Assembly (NCBI GenBank): GCA_964016885.1 | Contig: OZ024743.1 | Coordinates: 50,034,001 to 50,098,000, forward strand | Origin: Eledone cirrhosa | Lineage: Eukaryota | DNA: 64,000 nt | Direction: 5' to 3' | In this document: positions 26,277 to 38,699 of the stretch, in pieces | How the letters are laid out: every line of letters begins with the position of its first letter | Position numbering within the stretch: the stretch's first letter is position 1 | Program-made: the position numbers and the translations under genes | The notes under the pieces: generated by a model | Databases searched by the model: none | Told to the model about the DNA's origin: nothing | Seen by the model: the letters and a program-made list of their open reading frames with translations, nothing else

Positions 26277-27536
26277 ATAGCGTCCGTCACTTACTACCGC
26301 CTGACTGTCGTGCCTTGCCCTAAGGAAACACTCACCACCATGGAACGCATGCTCTTCCAATTACTTTGGAAGAAGCGCCCTCCTATGGTGAGAAGATCCA
26401 TCTGCTGCCAACAACCTTCGAAAGGAGGGCTGGGGATGCCGTGGTTGATGATACGTAGGCACGCATTAAGGCTACGGCACCTACAGGTATTCCTCACTGG
26501 TCAACCGGTGTGGGCTCCGTTCGTGAAACGAGCCTTTCCGAGACTCGTCTCGCTCACCGAGCTACAGTCCTGGGTCAAGCAAAGATCCGGAAAACTGGGA
26601 GACTGGCACACTGAGTGTGCTCAGGCGCTCAGGGCTCTCTGGCAAGCGGGCCAGGCCATCGGTGGAGAATCCACCTCATCATTCTATAGAGGGCTGGTGG
26701 CTAGCAGGGGCGATGACACCCTTGGAGAGTCGCTGGACATGGAGGAAGACGAACTGGCCAGCCTGTTCGGTAGGACTTTCGGCCCAGGACCAATGGACAA
26801 CTTCCAGAAGTCACTGGCCTGGCAGTGCTACCGAGGGGCTCTACCCGTTCGAGAGAGGCTCTACAGACACGGGCGCCCGGGCAGGGATCCCTCAAAAAAT
26901 ATTTGCCCTAGATACGTGCGTCACGAAGAAACCGTTGCGCACGCATTGGTGCAATGTCCGGGCGTGGCTGATCTGTGGGGCTACGCCGAACGACTGCTGT
27001 CGCGGGTGGCGCCGATTCAATTGACCGCCGAGTCCGTGATGACAATCAAACCGCCTCCCCTCTTCACAAAGGAAGCAAAGGCGGTTTTTCTGTGCGTAAT
27101 AGCCATGTTGAAAGAGGTTGTTTGGTGGACACGATTGAAAGGTCTGAGGTCAGGCAACTTCCTCTCTGGCCATAGTCTGGGCTACTTCTTCCGATATCAC
27201 TTCGGAAGAAGGATAAGAATGGAGAGAGAGGTGCTTGGCCACAGGCAGTTTTATGAAAGGTGGGTGATAGTGGCGAGAATGGCTCGTGTAAATGGGCCTT
27301 CTCTGTATACCATCCTGTAGGTAAAGAAGTAAAGGAGAGGGGAGCACCTTCTCCATGTGCTCCCCGGGCAAAGGATTGCACACTTTTTCGGGGTGTGTGC
27401 AACCCCCATCACGTCCCCTCCCTTTTGAGGTTATTTTCGATTATTTTCATGTTATACCCTTTTTACTCGATTGTATGTAAACTCCCCCTTTGTATTTGTC
27501 CCTTCTTTTTATGCCTTTATGGTAAATAAAGAAATA
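26277..27536 (+). mobile_element. 5'-truncated Tx1 LINE (second subfamily) with a 19-bp TSD
   Basis: ORF2 C-terminus ending at 27320; TSD tatctatgtatatatgtaa at 26258-26276 and 27537-27555. Confidence 0.92.
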
Positions 27537-27723
27537 TATCTATGTATATATGTAAGTCTATATTTTAATAGTATGTGTATTTATATTAAAAGGATAAATT
27601 ACAATTGTTTAAATTTGTCTATAATATGAGTTACGAGGGATGTTTTTGTTCTGTTTTAAGTAGATAAATAAATAAGTAAATAAATAAATGGGTATATTAT
27701 GTCTATTTATAAAACAAACTTTG

Positions 27724-27785
27724 TATTTATCTGAAGAAACCGTACCAAAGTGTTTTGGTGCCCTTGAAATATATATAATAAAATA
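27724..27785 (+). ncRNA. Type I hammerhead motif (inverted copy of 25864-25926)
   Basis: CTGAAGA...GAAA tatata TA with flanking stem I. Confidence 0.75.
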
Positions 27786-27921
27786 AATATGGTTTTATAA
27801 ATATAGTTTCCATTTATTTAATATCATTGAATATTTCCTCCAGAAAGCTGTCAAGTGCTCTGAATCAGTTATAAACATTTATATTTGTCGGATTTCCAAC
27901 AAATTAAATATCCTTTCTACT

Positions 27922-27966
<45 letters not shown>

Positions 27967-28071
27967 TGAGAGGAAACCTATGTATAGAAGTTTGTGAATA
28001 TTAACTGCAACAACGTGGTAAATATGATAGTGTAATATAGATATGATAGTGTAATATAGATATGATAGTAT

Positions 28072-28250
28072 AATAATTGTTTCTACTTTTGGCACAAGGC
28101 CAGCAATTACCCAGTGTATTACTGGTACTTTATTTTATCGACCCCGTAAGTTAGGATTAGACTTGGCGGGATTTGAACTCAGATCATAAAGGGAGGTAAC
28201 TCTATGCTTCAAAGCATGGCGTCCGACCCTCTACCGATACTGCCAATCCA
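28072..28250 (-). mobile_element. SINE A
   Basis: Full head-to-tail match to the family; flanked by aatatagatatgatagt (TSD-like). Confidence 0.88.
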
Positions 28251-28663
28251 AATAATATAGATATGATAGTGTAATTATTATATGATATTGTATATCTGGG
28301 AGTGTAGTCATTATAAATATGTTATAATTATAGTATGATATTCAAGTAATTATGAATACAGAAGTGCTTAAATCTATTTATTATAAATGTTTTCTGTTCC
28401 TCTATTTTATCCCATCAAAAATATCTTGTCTTCCACTTAATACTTAATACATCTGAACACGTAACATTTTAAGACTACCTATGGTATCCCAAATACCTTC
28501 ACTGAACACGTAACATTTTAAGACCACCTATGGTATCCTAAATGCATTCAAGGAGAGTTATTGTTGTAATTTATTGTAATTTAATATGTTATCAGAGATA
28601 AAACATGCACACACACACAAACACGCACACACACACACACACACACGCACACAGACACACACA

Positions 28664-28793
<130 letters not shown>

Positions 28794-29034
28794 TGAATAT
28801 GTATTTTTGTATGTTCTTCTGGTTTTATAATTTCACAAAGTTTTACCAATAGAGAGAGAGTCAGTTTCTAACATAGACACAAGACTCTCTCATTGGAATT
28901 TACACATCAACTAGGTAGATATGTATGCATGTATGTGTAGATATGGATGTTATTGTATGTGTGGATGTGTATGTTTTGAGTTGTATGTGTGCATGTGTAT
29001 ATGCTTTGTATCTGTACATGTGTATATGCAGTTG

Positions 29035-30750
29035 TTAGATGCAAAATGTTTGGAATGTTTTACATATTTTTACTGTTCCATTAATGGATTGTACTTGTAA
29101 TTTCCGAACTAGTTGTGTTCTCTCTGTTCCTGTGAAGCCTAGCTTCTCAAGATTTGTATTGAGGCAGTTACTAACATATCCCAGTGCCCCAATAATCACA
29201 GGCATAAACCTGAAGGTGTAATCAGGGTGGAGTATCTGCAGATTTCTCATCAGTTCTGTATAAATATTCTCCTTTTCACTAATCTTTGATATTATATTGG
29301 CATCTGCTGGGCAGCTAATTTCCACTACTGTGCATGTTTTCTTCTCCCTGTCCCATATCATAATATCTCGTCTGTTATGCCTGCATTTTATTGGGGTTTT
29401 TACTGGAACATTCCACCAGTACTCTGTCATATTATGTACGTTGATGTCTTCCACATTGCTATAGCTTTTAATGTGTTTATTATCGGGGCTATCCTTTTTA
29501 CGAACTGCATTGTACAGTGTTTTGGCCACTACATCATGCCTCATAGGTAGATAGTACCGCGATTACATCTTTGGACAGCTGCTGATGACATGTGTGATAT
29601 CCTCGATGTTAGTTCTGCAGAGTCTGCACTTGTTATCACATCTAGGTGTTTTGCCTGCATCCCTATCTTTTTTGTGAATCAGGTATTTCGTGCTAATCTC
29701 CTATTCCTGGATTGCAAAAGCGTATCCTTCAAAGTGGGAGCCAATATAGCGGTTGTTGGTCCAAGATAGACTACTTTCCTTATCCATATTACTTTCACTC
29801 TTGAGCTTCCTGGCAACATATCCATGCATGATTTTTTGCTGATAGGCATGCAGTTTTTCATCCATGGATTCACTGCGATACTGCTGAGCGACATCCCTGG
29901 GTTTGAGTTTTTGATTATCACACAGGGAATATCTCTCAAGAAGTTCCTTCCCAACTCTCATGATCTTATCTGTTTCATGTAGATAGACTTGCTCGAGAAG
30001 CGGGCTCCTACGCTTCGAGGTTCGTAGATGTTGTCGGAGACATATGATGCGACATTCAAATGTTGTCTGGACTGATGTTAGGCCTCTGCCTCCCTGCTTA
30101 CGTTTCAAGTAAAGGCGGTCTATGTCACTGTTGATGTGGAAGTTTCCGGTGTCGTTCAGTATTTTTCGAGTTCCAACATCAACTGCTCGGATTTCGTCTA
30201 TCGTCCAATTGAGTATTCCAAATGTTGGTGTTAGGACAGACACAGCAAACACATTGTGAGCCACTGTTTTGTTTTGCGCAGAGAGTTCCGATGACCAGAT
30301 CTTTCTTAGTCAGGTGTAGTATTCCCTGGTTACGCGTTCTTTATTACAGATACCATTATAGGATATGTTCTCATCGATCCCCAGGTATCTGTAGCAGTCC
30401 TCATCAGATATCGGTGAAACAGTTAGACCATTGATGACAATGTTGCTAGATTGGGTTGTTGTTTTTCCCCGCTTTACAGTCATGTATGAGCATTTATCTT
30501 GGCCAAACTCCATTCCTATATCCTTTGAGAACGTTGTAACCAGGTCAAGATTTTTCTTCATCCCATCCATGTTCTTGGCATAGAGTTTCAGATCGTCCAC
30601 AAAGAAGTTATGGGTTAGGTTCGTATTTTTGTCCTCCTGTGAGCCAACGATGTATCCCTCACATTTCTTGAGCAGAAAGGACAAGGGGTTTAATGACAAG
30701 ATGAATACTATCACAGAGAGACTGTCTCCCAGAAATATACCCCTGTACAC
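29035..30750 (-). mobile_element. Degenerate 5'-truncated R4/Dong-like LINE (second family)
   Basis: GIFLGDSLS, FFVDDLK, YRYLGI, DIDRLYLKRKQGGRGL, CRLC..H..S.C, RHDVV, RRDI..VEISCP..KENIY, PVIIGALG. Confidence 0.88.
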
Positions 30751-30792
30751 CTACACAGATACTTCTAAATTGTCAGCAGCAGCAAGACATAA

Positions 30793-31465
30793 GCTGACCA
30801 CAACACCAAAAACACTACCAAAATAAGGGTAGAGGTCTGATGTACTTAACAATAGCAAACACAAACACTACAGAGAGCCTCACCCCAGAAAGAATTTCTA
30901 TAGACTTTGGACTGAGGAATGCTCTCAAAACTGACCAATGGGAAGTTTGACCTTAAAAATCTTTATAACATTGAGATGGGTATAACACACACACACATTT
31001 TATTCGATTATTTTATTTTATTTTGTTCCTTTACCATCTTATTCCTTCTACCACTTTTTTTTAGCTGACTCCAACAATAACACCACTACCAACACAAGAA
31101 TAGAGGTCAGATGTACCTAATAATAACAAGAACAACAATTACAGATTGGCTTGCCTCAGAACGAATTTCTATAGACTTTTGAATGAGGAATGTTCTAACA
31201 ACTGACCAATGAGAGGAGAAGAGGCCCTTTGACGCTGAAATTCGTTTGTTTAAATTCATATGATTCCAGTTCCTCGGTGAAGTAACAACCCAACCAGGAA
31301 CTGGGCATATCAGAGTATTGACAAAGTTATACACCTCAACAACATGTGTACTCGTCTCTACCACACTAATTCGGACTGCCTGAAGAGGTCACAGCCAAAG
31401 ATGGCTGTCACCGAAATATATATAGCAGTAATAAACGAAGCCAAATTTTAAACATTTGACTTATT
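30793..31465 (+). mobile_element. Putative PLE 3' region: diverged ~170-bp tandem duplication, then a hammerhead, then (TA)n
   Basis: 30793-30960 resembles 31065-31240; hammerhead at 31375. Confidence 0.5.
31375..31429 (+). ncRNA. Type I hammerhead ribozyme motif, intact
   Basis: actgc-CTGAAGA-ggt c acagcca aaga tggctgt c acc-GAAA-tatata-TA-gcagt. Confidence 0.88.
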
Positions 31466-31470
31466 TATTT

Positions 31471-31529
<59 letters not shown>

Positions 31530-33548
31530 TGAATCTACCAAAATATACGGTAGTGTCCAATCCGTATGAAGAACTCAATGTAATCCAAATATCATGAAAA
31601 GAAGATGCATTCAAAAATTTTCGATGAAAATCATAGGAAAACAGAGTCAAGAAAAATTAATAAAAACAATGAATAAAAACAAGGAACAAGTTCCTTATAT
31701 TAAAAAATTCATCATTTTACGATCGTTTCTAGGATATATATGTGTGTTGGTATGTATATCATATAGATCTATGTAAAAATATTACAAACTATCAGAGGAA
31801 ATATACATACCTTCACATATATATGCTATCTTCAGAAATGATGAGATTTGTTTATTGAAAAAACCCAACAAAGATTTAATATAATAGGTCTGTTTGGGAA
31901 CAGGTTTTGAATTGACCAATAGAAAAGTAGTAAGAGGCAAAGTTGATAGAATAGTAGTAGTAGAAATTTAATTTAGGGGTAGAGGAGTGCAGACTTATGT
32001 TTTGAATGGAAAGAATACTTTGAATGAAAATAATACTTCGGGGATGAAAAGAGGTCAAGCCGGTTAAGGGTACACGAACATTTGATGTTATTAAAGAATA
32101 ATGTTAAAAACGAAGGAAAGTAAAATTTTAGAGTAAGGGTATTAGTGATAAATACCAATCTTATTTAAACCACAAGGAATCTAGATCTATAACAAGAAAT
32201 TAAATTAATTGATAGGTATACTTATAGGGATAAATTTATATTATTTCATATGGATGTGATAAATAAGAATTAGATGTTATTAAAGAATGTTGTTAAAAAC
32301 GAAGGAAAATAAAATTTGGGGATAAGGGTAGTAGTGAGAAATACCAATCTTATATAAACTACAAGGAATCTAGATTCATAACAGGAAATTAAATTAATTT
32401 ATATGTATACTTTTAGGTATTAATTTTAGGAAAAGAGAGCTGTTAGAGGGAAATAAAATTATGAAGTTCTCTGTAGTAAAGTACTAATTATAGGTTAACT
32501 AAATAAAAAAAACTAATTATAATAATATGTAAAATATATGTGTAAGGTGTATATTAATTAGGTTTATAATATTTGAAGGTTCTTCTAATTCTATGATTGC
32601 AAGATATAATTAATTCTTGTCGCTTATTTAATAGGATATCCTTAGATTTCATTATATCAAAAAGTTCCTGAGAGCATAATCTACACTCATATCTGTTATT
32701 TTGATGAGGGGTGGCCCTTTTGAGCACACTCCAGATCAGGTTGTAATCGATATTCTTTTTTCTATAATTATTAATTGTTTCAGCCAAGGATGTTGTATTA
32801 GCTAATGCGGCATTTTTAAAACTATGTTTGTGGGTATTAAATCTTACTTTAAGTTGGTTAGACGTAGCTCCTATATATGAATAAGTGGAGTCCTTAGTGC
32901 TAATTTTACATTTATAGACTATGTCATTAATAAGACAATTTCCCTTTAATGGGCAATTTCTTTTGTTTCTACAGTTAAAACCATTCTACAGTTACAACCG
33001 ATCAGGGGAGTTAGTCAAATTTGGTGTGGAATTTACTCGACTTGTTATATGTGAAGGAGATGGTGGTTTGTTGCGGTTAATTTTAGTATTATGGTTGGTT
33101 TGATGTGTTGGTGGTATATTCGTGGTTTTTTTTACATTTATATGCGTTGTACGCGCTTATATTTTGTTGTATATTTTTGGTAGTGGAGTAGGAAAATTTG
33201 ACAGTTGATCTATTTAAAATTTGATGGTATTTATGGTTTGGCGGGAAGTTTTTCTCTAGGATAGTAAAAAAATGTTTAGGGATATTATCTTTAATTTGTA
33301 GATTAAATGGAGCATTATACCAAGTATCACGCACGCTAGACAAACACTACTGGAATTTCAGAAGGAATACTGGACCAGAAATACATATAGTAATCTCTTC
33401 GACATTACTATGGGCTCTAGTGATTCTGCCCAAATTACCGATCTTGTGGGCCTCTTTCTTCTATTTAACATGACTTCTACTTTTCCCCACCTTAAAGGTG
33501 GTTTATATCGTGATGACTGTCTTCTTCTTTCCACTAATCTTTCCACTA
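31530..33548 (-). mobile_element. Penelope-like element 3 (Naiad-like), degenerate, with an inverted RT fragment
   Basis: Minus strand: WYNAPF, NFPPNHKYHQILNR, NCRNKRNCPLKGNCL, YIG, CRLC, LLNKRQEL..CNHR (33330-32554). Plus strand 33332-33548: FDITMGSSDSAQITDLVG..GGLYRDD. Confidence 0.87.
31710..31843 (-). ncRNA. Hammerhead motif with a ~100-nt extended stem II
   Basis: catcattt-CTGAAGA-tag c atatatatgtg aa ggtatgtatat..atatacatacc aaca cacatatatat c cta-GAAA-cgatcg-TA-aaatgatg. Confidence 0.82.
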
Positions 33549-33665
33549 AGCGTGGCTGAGTGGTTAGATAATTGGATTCAGAATCGTGGAGTTGTGAGTT
33601 CAATTCCTGGACCGGGTGATGCATCATGTCCTTTAGCAAGACACTTTATTTCACGTTGCTCCTTT
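33549..33665 (+). mobile_element. tRNA-derived SINE (family B)
   Basis: A-box tggctgagtgg, B-box gagttcaattcc, then tgtcctttagcaagacactttat. Confidence 0.7.
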
Positions 33666-33764
33666 TACCTGGAGTTACGATAGATAGTATTAGCAACTGG
33701 AAAGACCGACGGAAACATTGTTTCTTCGGTCCGATTTGACGAAAGTCGATCGATATCTTCGTTC

Positions 33765-33953
33765 TTCGTGCTCCTGGTGATGAGGGTTGTACATTTTTTT
33801 CGGGGTGTGTGCAACCCATTTGTAACACTTCCCCGCTATTTGGGATTTCGTTTGTTTTATTCATTATTTTTGTTATACATTTTTACACGCCTTGTATGTA
33901 ACTCCCCAATTGTATTTGTCCCCATCTTTTGCGCCCTTGTGGCAAATAAAGAA

Positions 33954-33999
<46 letters not shown>

Positions 34000-34000
34000 A
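33765..34000 (+). mobile_element. Tx1 3' UTR-only insertion with a (TCTA)n tail
   Basis: Homologous to 27355-27535; aataaagaaa followed by (tcta)n. Confidence 0.8.
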
Positions 34001-34294
34001 TATACATATATATATTCAGAGACTGTGTAGGGACCTTATATGGTTGAATATATGGTTGATTAGAAGTATATTATTCACTCCCTCACTCTCATATACAAGT
34101 CGACGTCTTCCACATATTTTCTGTCTACCTATTTTCACTGACAAAGTTTAGCTTGACCTGAGATTATGTTACAAGCTAGTGAAGATGAGGTGGGATCGAA
34201 CCAACAACCCCATCATTGACAAAATCAAGCGGCTCTATGTAACGTATGAAATACGATGAATATATTTGGCATTATGAGGACAATGTGCATATGT

Positions 34295-35520
34295 GTGTAT
34301 GTGTGTGTATTTTGTGTGTGGCTATGTGTATGCGTGTTTGTGTGTATGTGAATATGTTTGTGTGCATGTATGTGTGTGTCTGTGTGTGTATTTTGTGTGT
34401 GGCTATGTGTATGCGTGTTTGTGTGTATGTGAATATATTTGTGTGCATGTATGTGTGTGTCTGTGTGTCTGTTTTGTGTGTGGCTATGTGTATGCGTGTT
34501 TGTGTGTATGTGAATATGTTTGTGTGCATGTATGTGTGTGTCTGTGTGTGTGTTTTGTGTGTGGCTATGTGTATGCGTGTTTGTGTGTATGTGAATATAT
34601 TTGTGTGCATGTATGTGTGTGTCTGTGTGTGTGTTTTGTGCGTGGCTATGTGTATGCGTGTTTGTGTGTATGTGAATATGTTTGTGTGCATGTATGTGTG
34701 TGTCTGTGTGTCTGTTTTGTGTGTGGCTATGTGTATGCGTGTTTGTGTGTATGTGAATATATTTGTGTGCATGTATGTGTGTGTCTGTGTGTGTGTTTTG
34801 TGTGTGGCTATGTGTATGCGTGTTTGTGTGTATGTGAATATGTTTGTGTGCATGTATGTGTGTGTCTGTGTGTGTGTTTTGTGTGTGGCTATGTGTATGC
34901 GTGTTTGTGTGTATGTGAATATATTTGTGTGCATGTATGTGTGTGTCTGTGTGTCTGTTTTGTGTGTGGCTATATGTATGCGTGTTTGTGTGTATGTGAA
35001 TATGTTTGTGTGCATGTATGTGTGTGTCTGTGTGTGTGTTTTGTGTGTGGTTATGTGTATGCGTGTTTGTGTGTATGTGAATATGTTTGTGTGCTTGTAT
35101 GTGTGTGTCTGTGTGTGTGTTTTGTGTGTGGCTATGTGTATGCGTGTTTGTGTGTATGTGAATATGTTTGTGTGCATGTATGTGTGTGTCTGTGTGTGTG
35201 TTTTGTGTGTGGCTATGTGTATGCGTGTTTGTGTGTATGTGAATATGTTTGTGTGCATGTATGTGTGTGTCTGTGTGTGTGTTTTGTGTGTGGCTATGTG
35301 TATGCGTGTTTGTGTGTATGTGAATATGTTTGTGTGCATGTATGTGTGTGTCTGTGTGTGTGTTTTGTGTGTGGCTATGTGTATGCGTGTTTGTGTGTAT
35401 GTGAATATGCTTGTGTGCATGTATGTGTGTGTCTGTGTGTGTGTTTTGTGTGTGGCTATGTGTATGCGTGTTTGTGTGTATGTGAATATGTTTTTGTGTA
35501 TGTATGTGTGTGTCTGTGTG
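34295..35520. repeat. 78-bp GT-rich minisatellite, about 16 copies
   Basis: 26-aa periodicity in the artefact ORFs. Confidence 0.95.
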
Positions 35521-35674
35521 AATATACGTGTGTGATTGTGTATATGTGGGAAATGTTTATAATTATATGTGTGCGTATGTAGAGGTCGATGGACACTGGT
35601 GGTCTCAAACATTGGCGTGTGTGTGCCAATGTGTGTGTGTGTGTGTCAGTGTCAGTGTATGTGTGTGTGTGTCA

Positions 35675-35734
<60 letters not shown>

Positions 35735-35766
35735 CAGTGTGTGTGTCAGTGCATGTGTGTGTGTGT

Positions 35767-35855
<89 letters not shown>

Positions 35856-36120
35856 AGTGTGTGTGTCAGTGTCACTGTGGGAATAAGGAAGACAATGGTA
35901 GGAGGCTTAACAGGAAAAGGTCAAAGTGACAAGACTGACATTGTGTTACGTGTGGGAAAAATTGATATAATTTTGACAGTGGGGAATACTTGATCGAAAA
36001 CCTTTTGTTGAAGAAAAAATACTCAAACACACACACTGACACTCACAGAGAGAGAGAGACACACATACACAGAGAGATAGACAGATAGACACACACACAC
36101 ATATACGCACGTGCACACAC

Positions 36121-36750
36121 ATACATGATGATGGTTGCCCCCTCGTTATCGAGTATGGCCATTGCACGATATACCATTATTAATAATTATTAATTAATTC
36201 TATCGTGCAATGCTTGTGCGTAAAGATATTTTTTTAAAGAGAGGAAAGACTGTGCACTGAGCCAATCCCACTCTCTGAGTGACAGTAGCTATAACCCGAA
36301 AAGAAGAAACGATCAACATCATCGGTAACTACTGAGCCGCAGGTTTTATGTCGGAGTTATCCCAGTTTCCTGAGTTGCCTTCTCCTAGAAGAATGCCCTG
36401 ACAAAGGCTAGGGGTCCTTCACTCCCAGTGGTTTAAACCGCGCGATCGGGTGTCCAGCCCGACTATTTCTTTGTCCCCGCGCATATACATACACCCATGC
36501 ATATACACATATACATATACATACATATGTACATGTGTATATACATATTTACACACTTTTGGATGGCCATTGACTCTTATGAGTTCTTCCGTCCTTTGTC
36601 AGGTTTGGATTTTTGTCCTGCAGGGTGTCCAAAATCACCCTCCTCACCAAGTTTACTTGGTGGGGTTGCTGGCTTAGTCGCCGACGACCCGACCATGCGA
36701 CAGGTTGTACTGGGTTACATCTTACCAGTAGCACTCAAGAGTGACCCGAC
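36121..36750 (-). mobile_element. ~600-bp non-coding retroposon next to (CATA)n, possibly RTE-derived
   Basis: Shares both ends and internal blocks with 52425-53030. Confidence 0.65.
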
Positions 36751-36763
36751 ATACATACATACA

Positions 36764-36795
<32 letters not shown>

Positions 36796-36809
36796 GATAT
36801 ATAAATACA

Positions 36810-36892
<83 letters not shown>

Positions 36893-37029
36893 CGATAGTC
36901 GAACGAGAAGATCCCAGACCTCATTCGCTTAACGAGTGGGGTGGAGCTGGTCAAATCGGACCGAGGAAACAATGTTTCCATTGGTCTTTCCAATTGCTAA
37001 TACTATCTATCTGTCGCAACTCCAAGCAG

Positions 37030-37107
<78 letters not shown>

Positions 37108-37336
37108 CTGTGTAGTAATAATAAATACAAAGTCCAAAATCCAAAGAAGACTCGATAAGGGTTGTATATATATATATATATATACAACCCTTATCGAGGA
37201 AGACCAAGGTTAACGTATGTTGATGCCCTAAGGACAGACACTGGTCTGTTGGAGACGCAGGACATGGCAGCGATAATGAGAGACAGAGACCGCTGGAGAG
37301 AACTCGTTCATGGATCTCTGGAATTTTACCCACCTT

Positions 37337-37391
<55 letters not shown>

Positions 37392-37404
37392 TATATATAA
37401 AACC

Positions 37405-37860
37405 GTAGAGCTGGTTCCAAGACTCTTGAGAATGTCCTGACACACCTGCATGTTCCAATGTCCTGACACACCTGTATGCCCCACTCATTCTGTCATCGTT
37501 CAGCAGCTTCGGCACCATCTTCCCGCAGATCTTGCGCATGCCCAAATCTTAGGTGAAAATCTTCCAAACTGTGTCGCGACTTATTCTCAGCTCACAGTCA
37601 GCCGACGATCGCCACACACCACCTGCCTTACGCACTCCACGTTGGCCTCAGAAATGCTCGTTGAAGACCTTCCGCTCCTGGGATCGTTTTCCATGCCCTC
37701 GCGCCCTCTTTTGTGTCACACGAAAACCCATAAGTGCGACATCGACTCGTCTCTTGACATTTACTGCAGCATTCCAAGTGCTTCTGACAGTTTACCCCAG
37801 CCGAACCAGAACCTTCAGGTTGGTTCGTTGTTCTGTGCCCATTGCTCGATGGCCTTAAAT
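37405..37860 (-). mobile_element. Tc1/mariner transposase N-terminal remnant
   Basis: EQRTNLKVLVRLG, RSGRSSTS, DRRLTV, LGMRKICGKMVPKLL (WVP motif region), broken across frames. Confidence 0.75.
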
Positions 37861-38499
37861 TGAGGAGCTGTTCGAAAAAATAAGTCCCAGTTTTTAAAAA
37901 TATAAATACCAGACTTGTGAAAAATGTATTGGTGTCGATATTATCGACAAAATGCCCTTGATGAGTATCTAAGTTTGGCCACTGTCTAATGGCGGAAGAC
38001 AGTAAGAGAGTTAAAGTGTAAAAGATAACTTTGTTTGTGGTGGGACGCGGATTAAATATAAAGATAAATGAAGACAATAAATATAGAATTCTCACAGACT
38101 TTTATTTGATTTATATAAAAGTGTGGAGGAGTGGTATGAAGACCAATATTGTTAGAATATACGAGGCCTTTAAATGTTTTTATAGTGTCAAGCAAGACAA
38201 CTTGTTCCTTGTTCAAATTTTCACATATCAATTTACCTCAACTCACATCCATCATTGTCGTTTATTTCAAGTTTATCATTTCTATTTCTATCTCTATTTA
38301 TATTTATATTTATATTTATGTTGATGTTTATATTTATATATATTTATGTTTATGTTGGTATTTCCATTGACAAAATACCAACTGTGGAACCTTGAGCTTC
38401 TGACCTCCATTACATTTAAACTTCATTTTATTTATTCATAAAGAATTCTTTATACTTTGCATCCTACAAAGAAAAACAGTTGAAGTGTATAGAGTTGCA

Positions 38500-38685
38500 T
38501 AGGTGCAGACATGGTTTCTAGCATGTAGCTTCACAACCATAAGTGTATGGGTTTAGTCCTACTGGGGAGGGTGATCTATGCGTTTAGTCCTGCTGGGCAG
38601 GGGGGGGGGTGCACCTTAGGTATGTCTTCTCTACTATAATCTCCAGATGACTAATTTGATAGACGGAAACTGTACGGTAGTCGTA
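38500..38685 (+). mobile_element. Degenerate tRNA-type SINE (family C)
   Basis: ggtgcagacatgg..gggtttagtcctactg..gcaccttaggtatgtcttct..tttgatagacggaaactg, resembling the abundant octopus SINE as I recall it; 5' fragment also at 53670-53735. Confidence 0.6.
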
Positions 38686-38699
38686 AATATATATATATA

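Larger units (their letters stand above)
25820..27921 (-). mobile_element. Non-coding PLE 3' end (PLE1/2-related) with inverted pLTR, interrupted by a Tx1 insertion
   Basis: 25820-25951 is the reverse complement of 27700-27830; homologous to 15605-15780 and 19640-19800; (TA)n at both ends. Confidence 0.8.

Noticed and set aside
33549-33625. tRNA gene
   Set aside because: A and B boxes are present, but there is no full cloverleaf and it continues into a SINE body.
34246-35612. Cys/Val-rich or His/Thr-rich 430-aa ORFs
   Set aside because: 78-bp minisatellite that is open on both strands.
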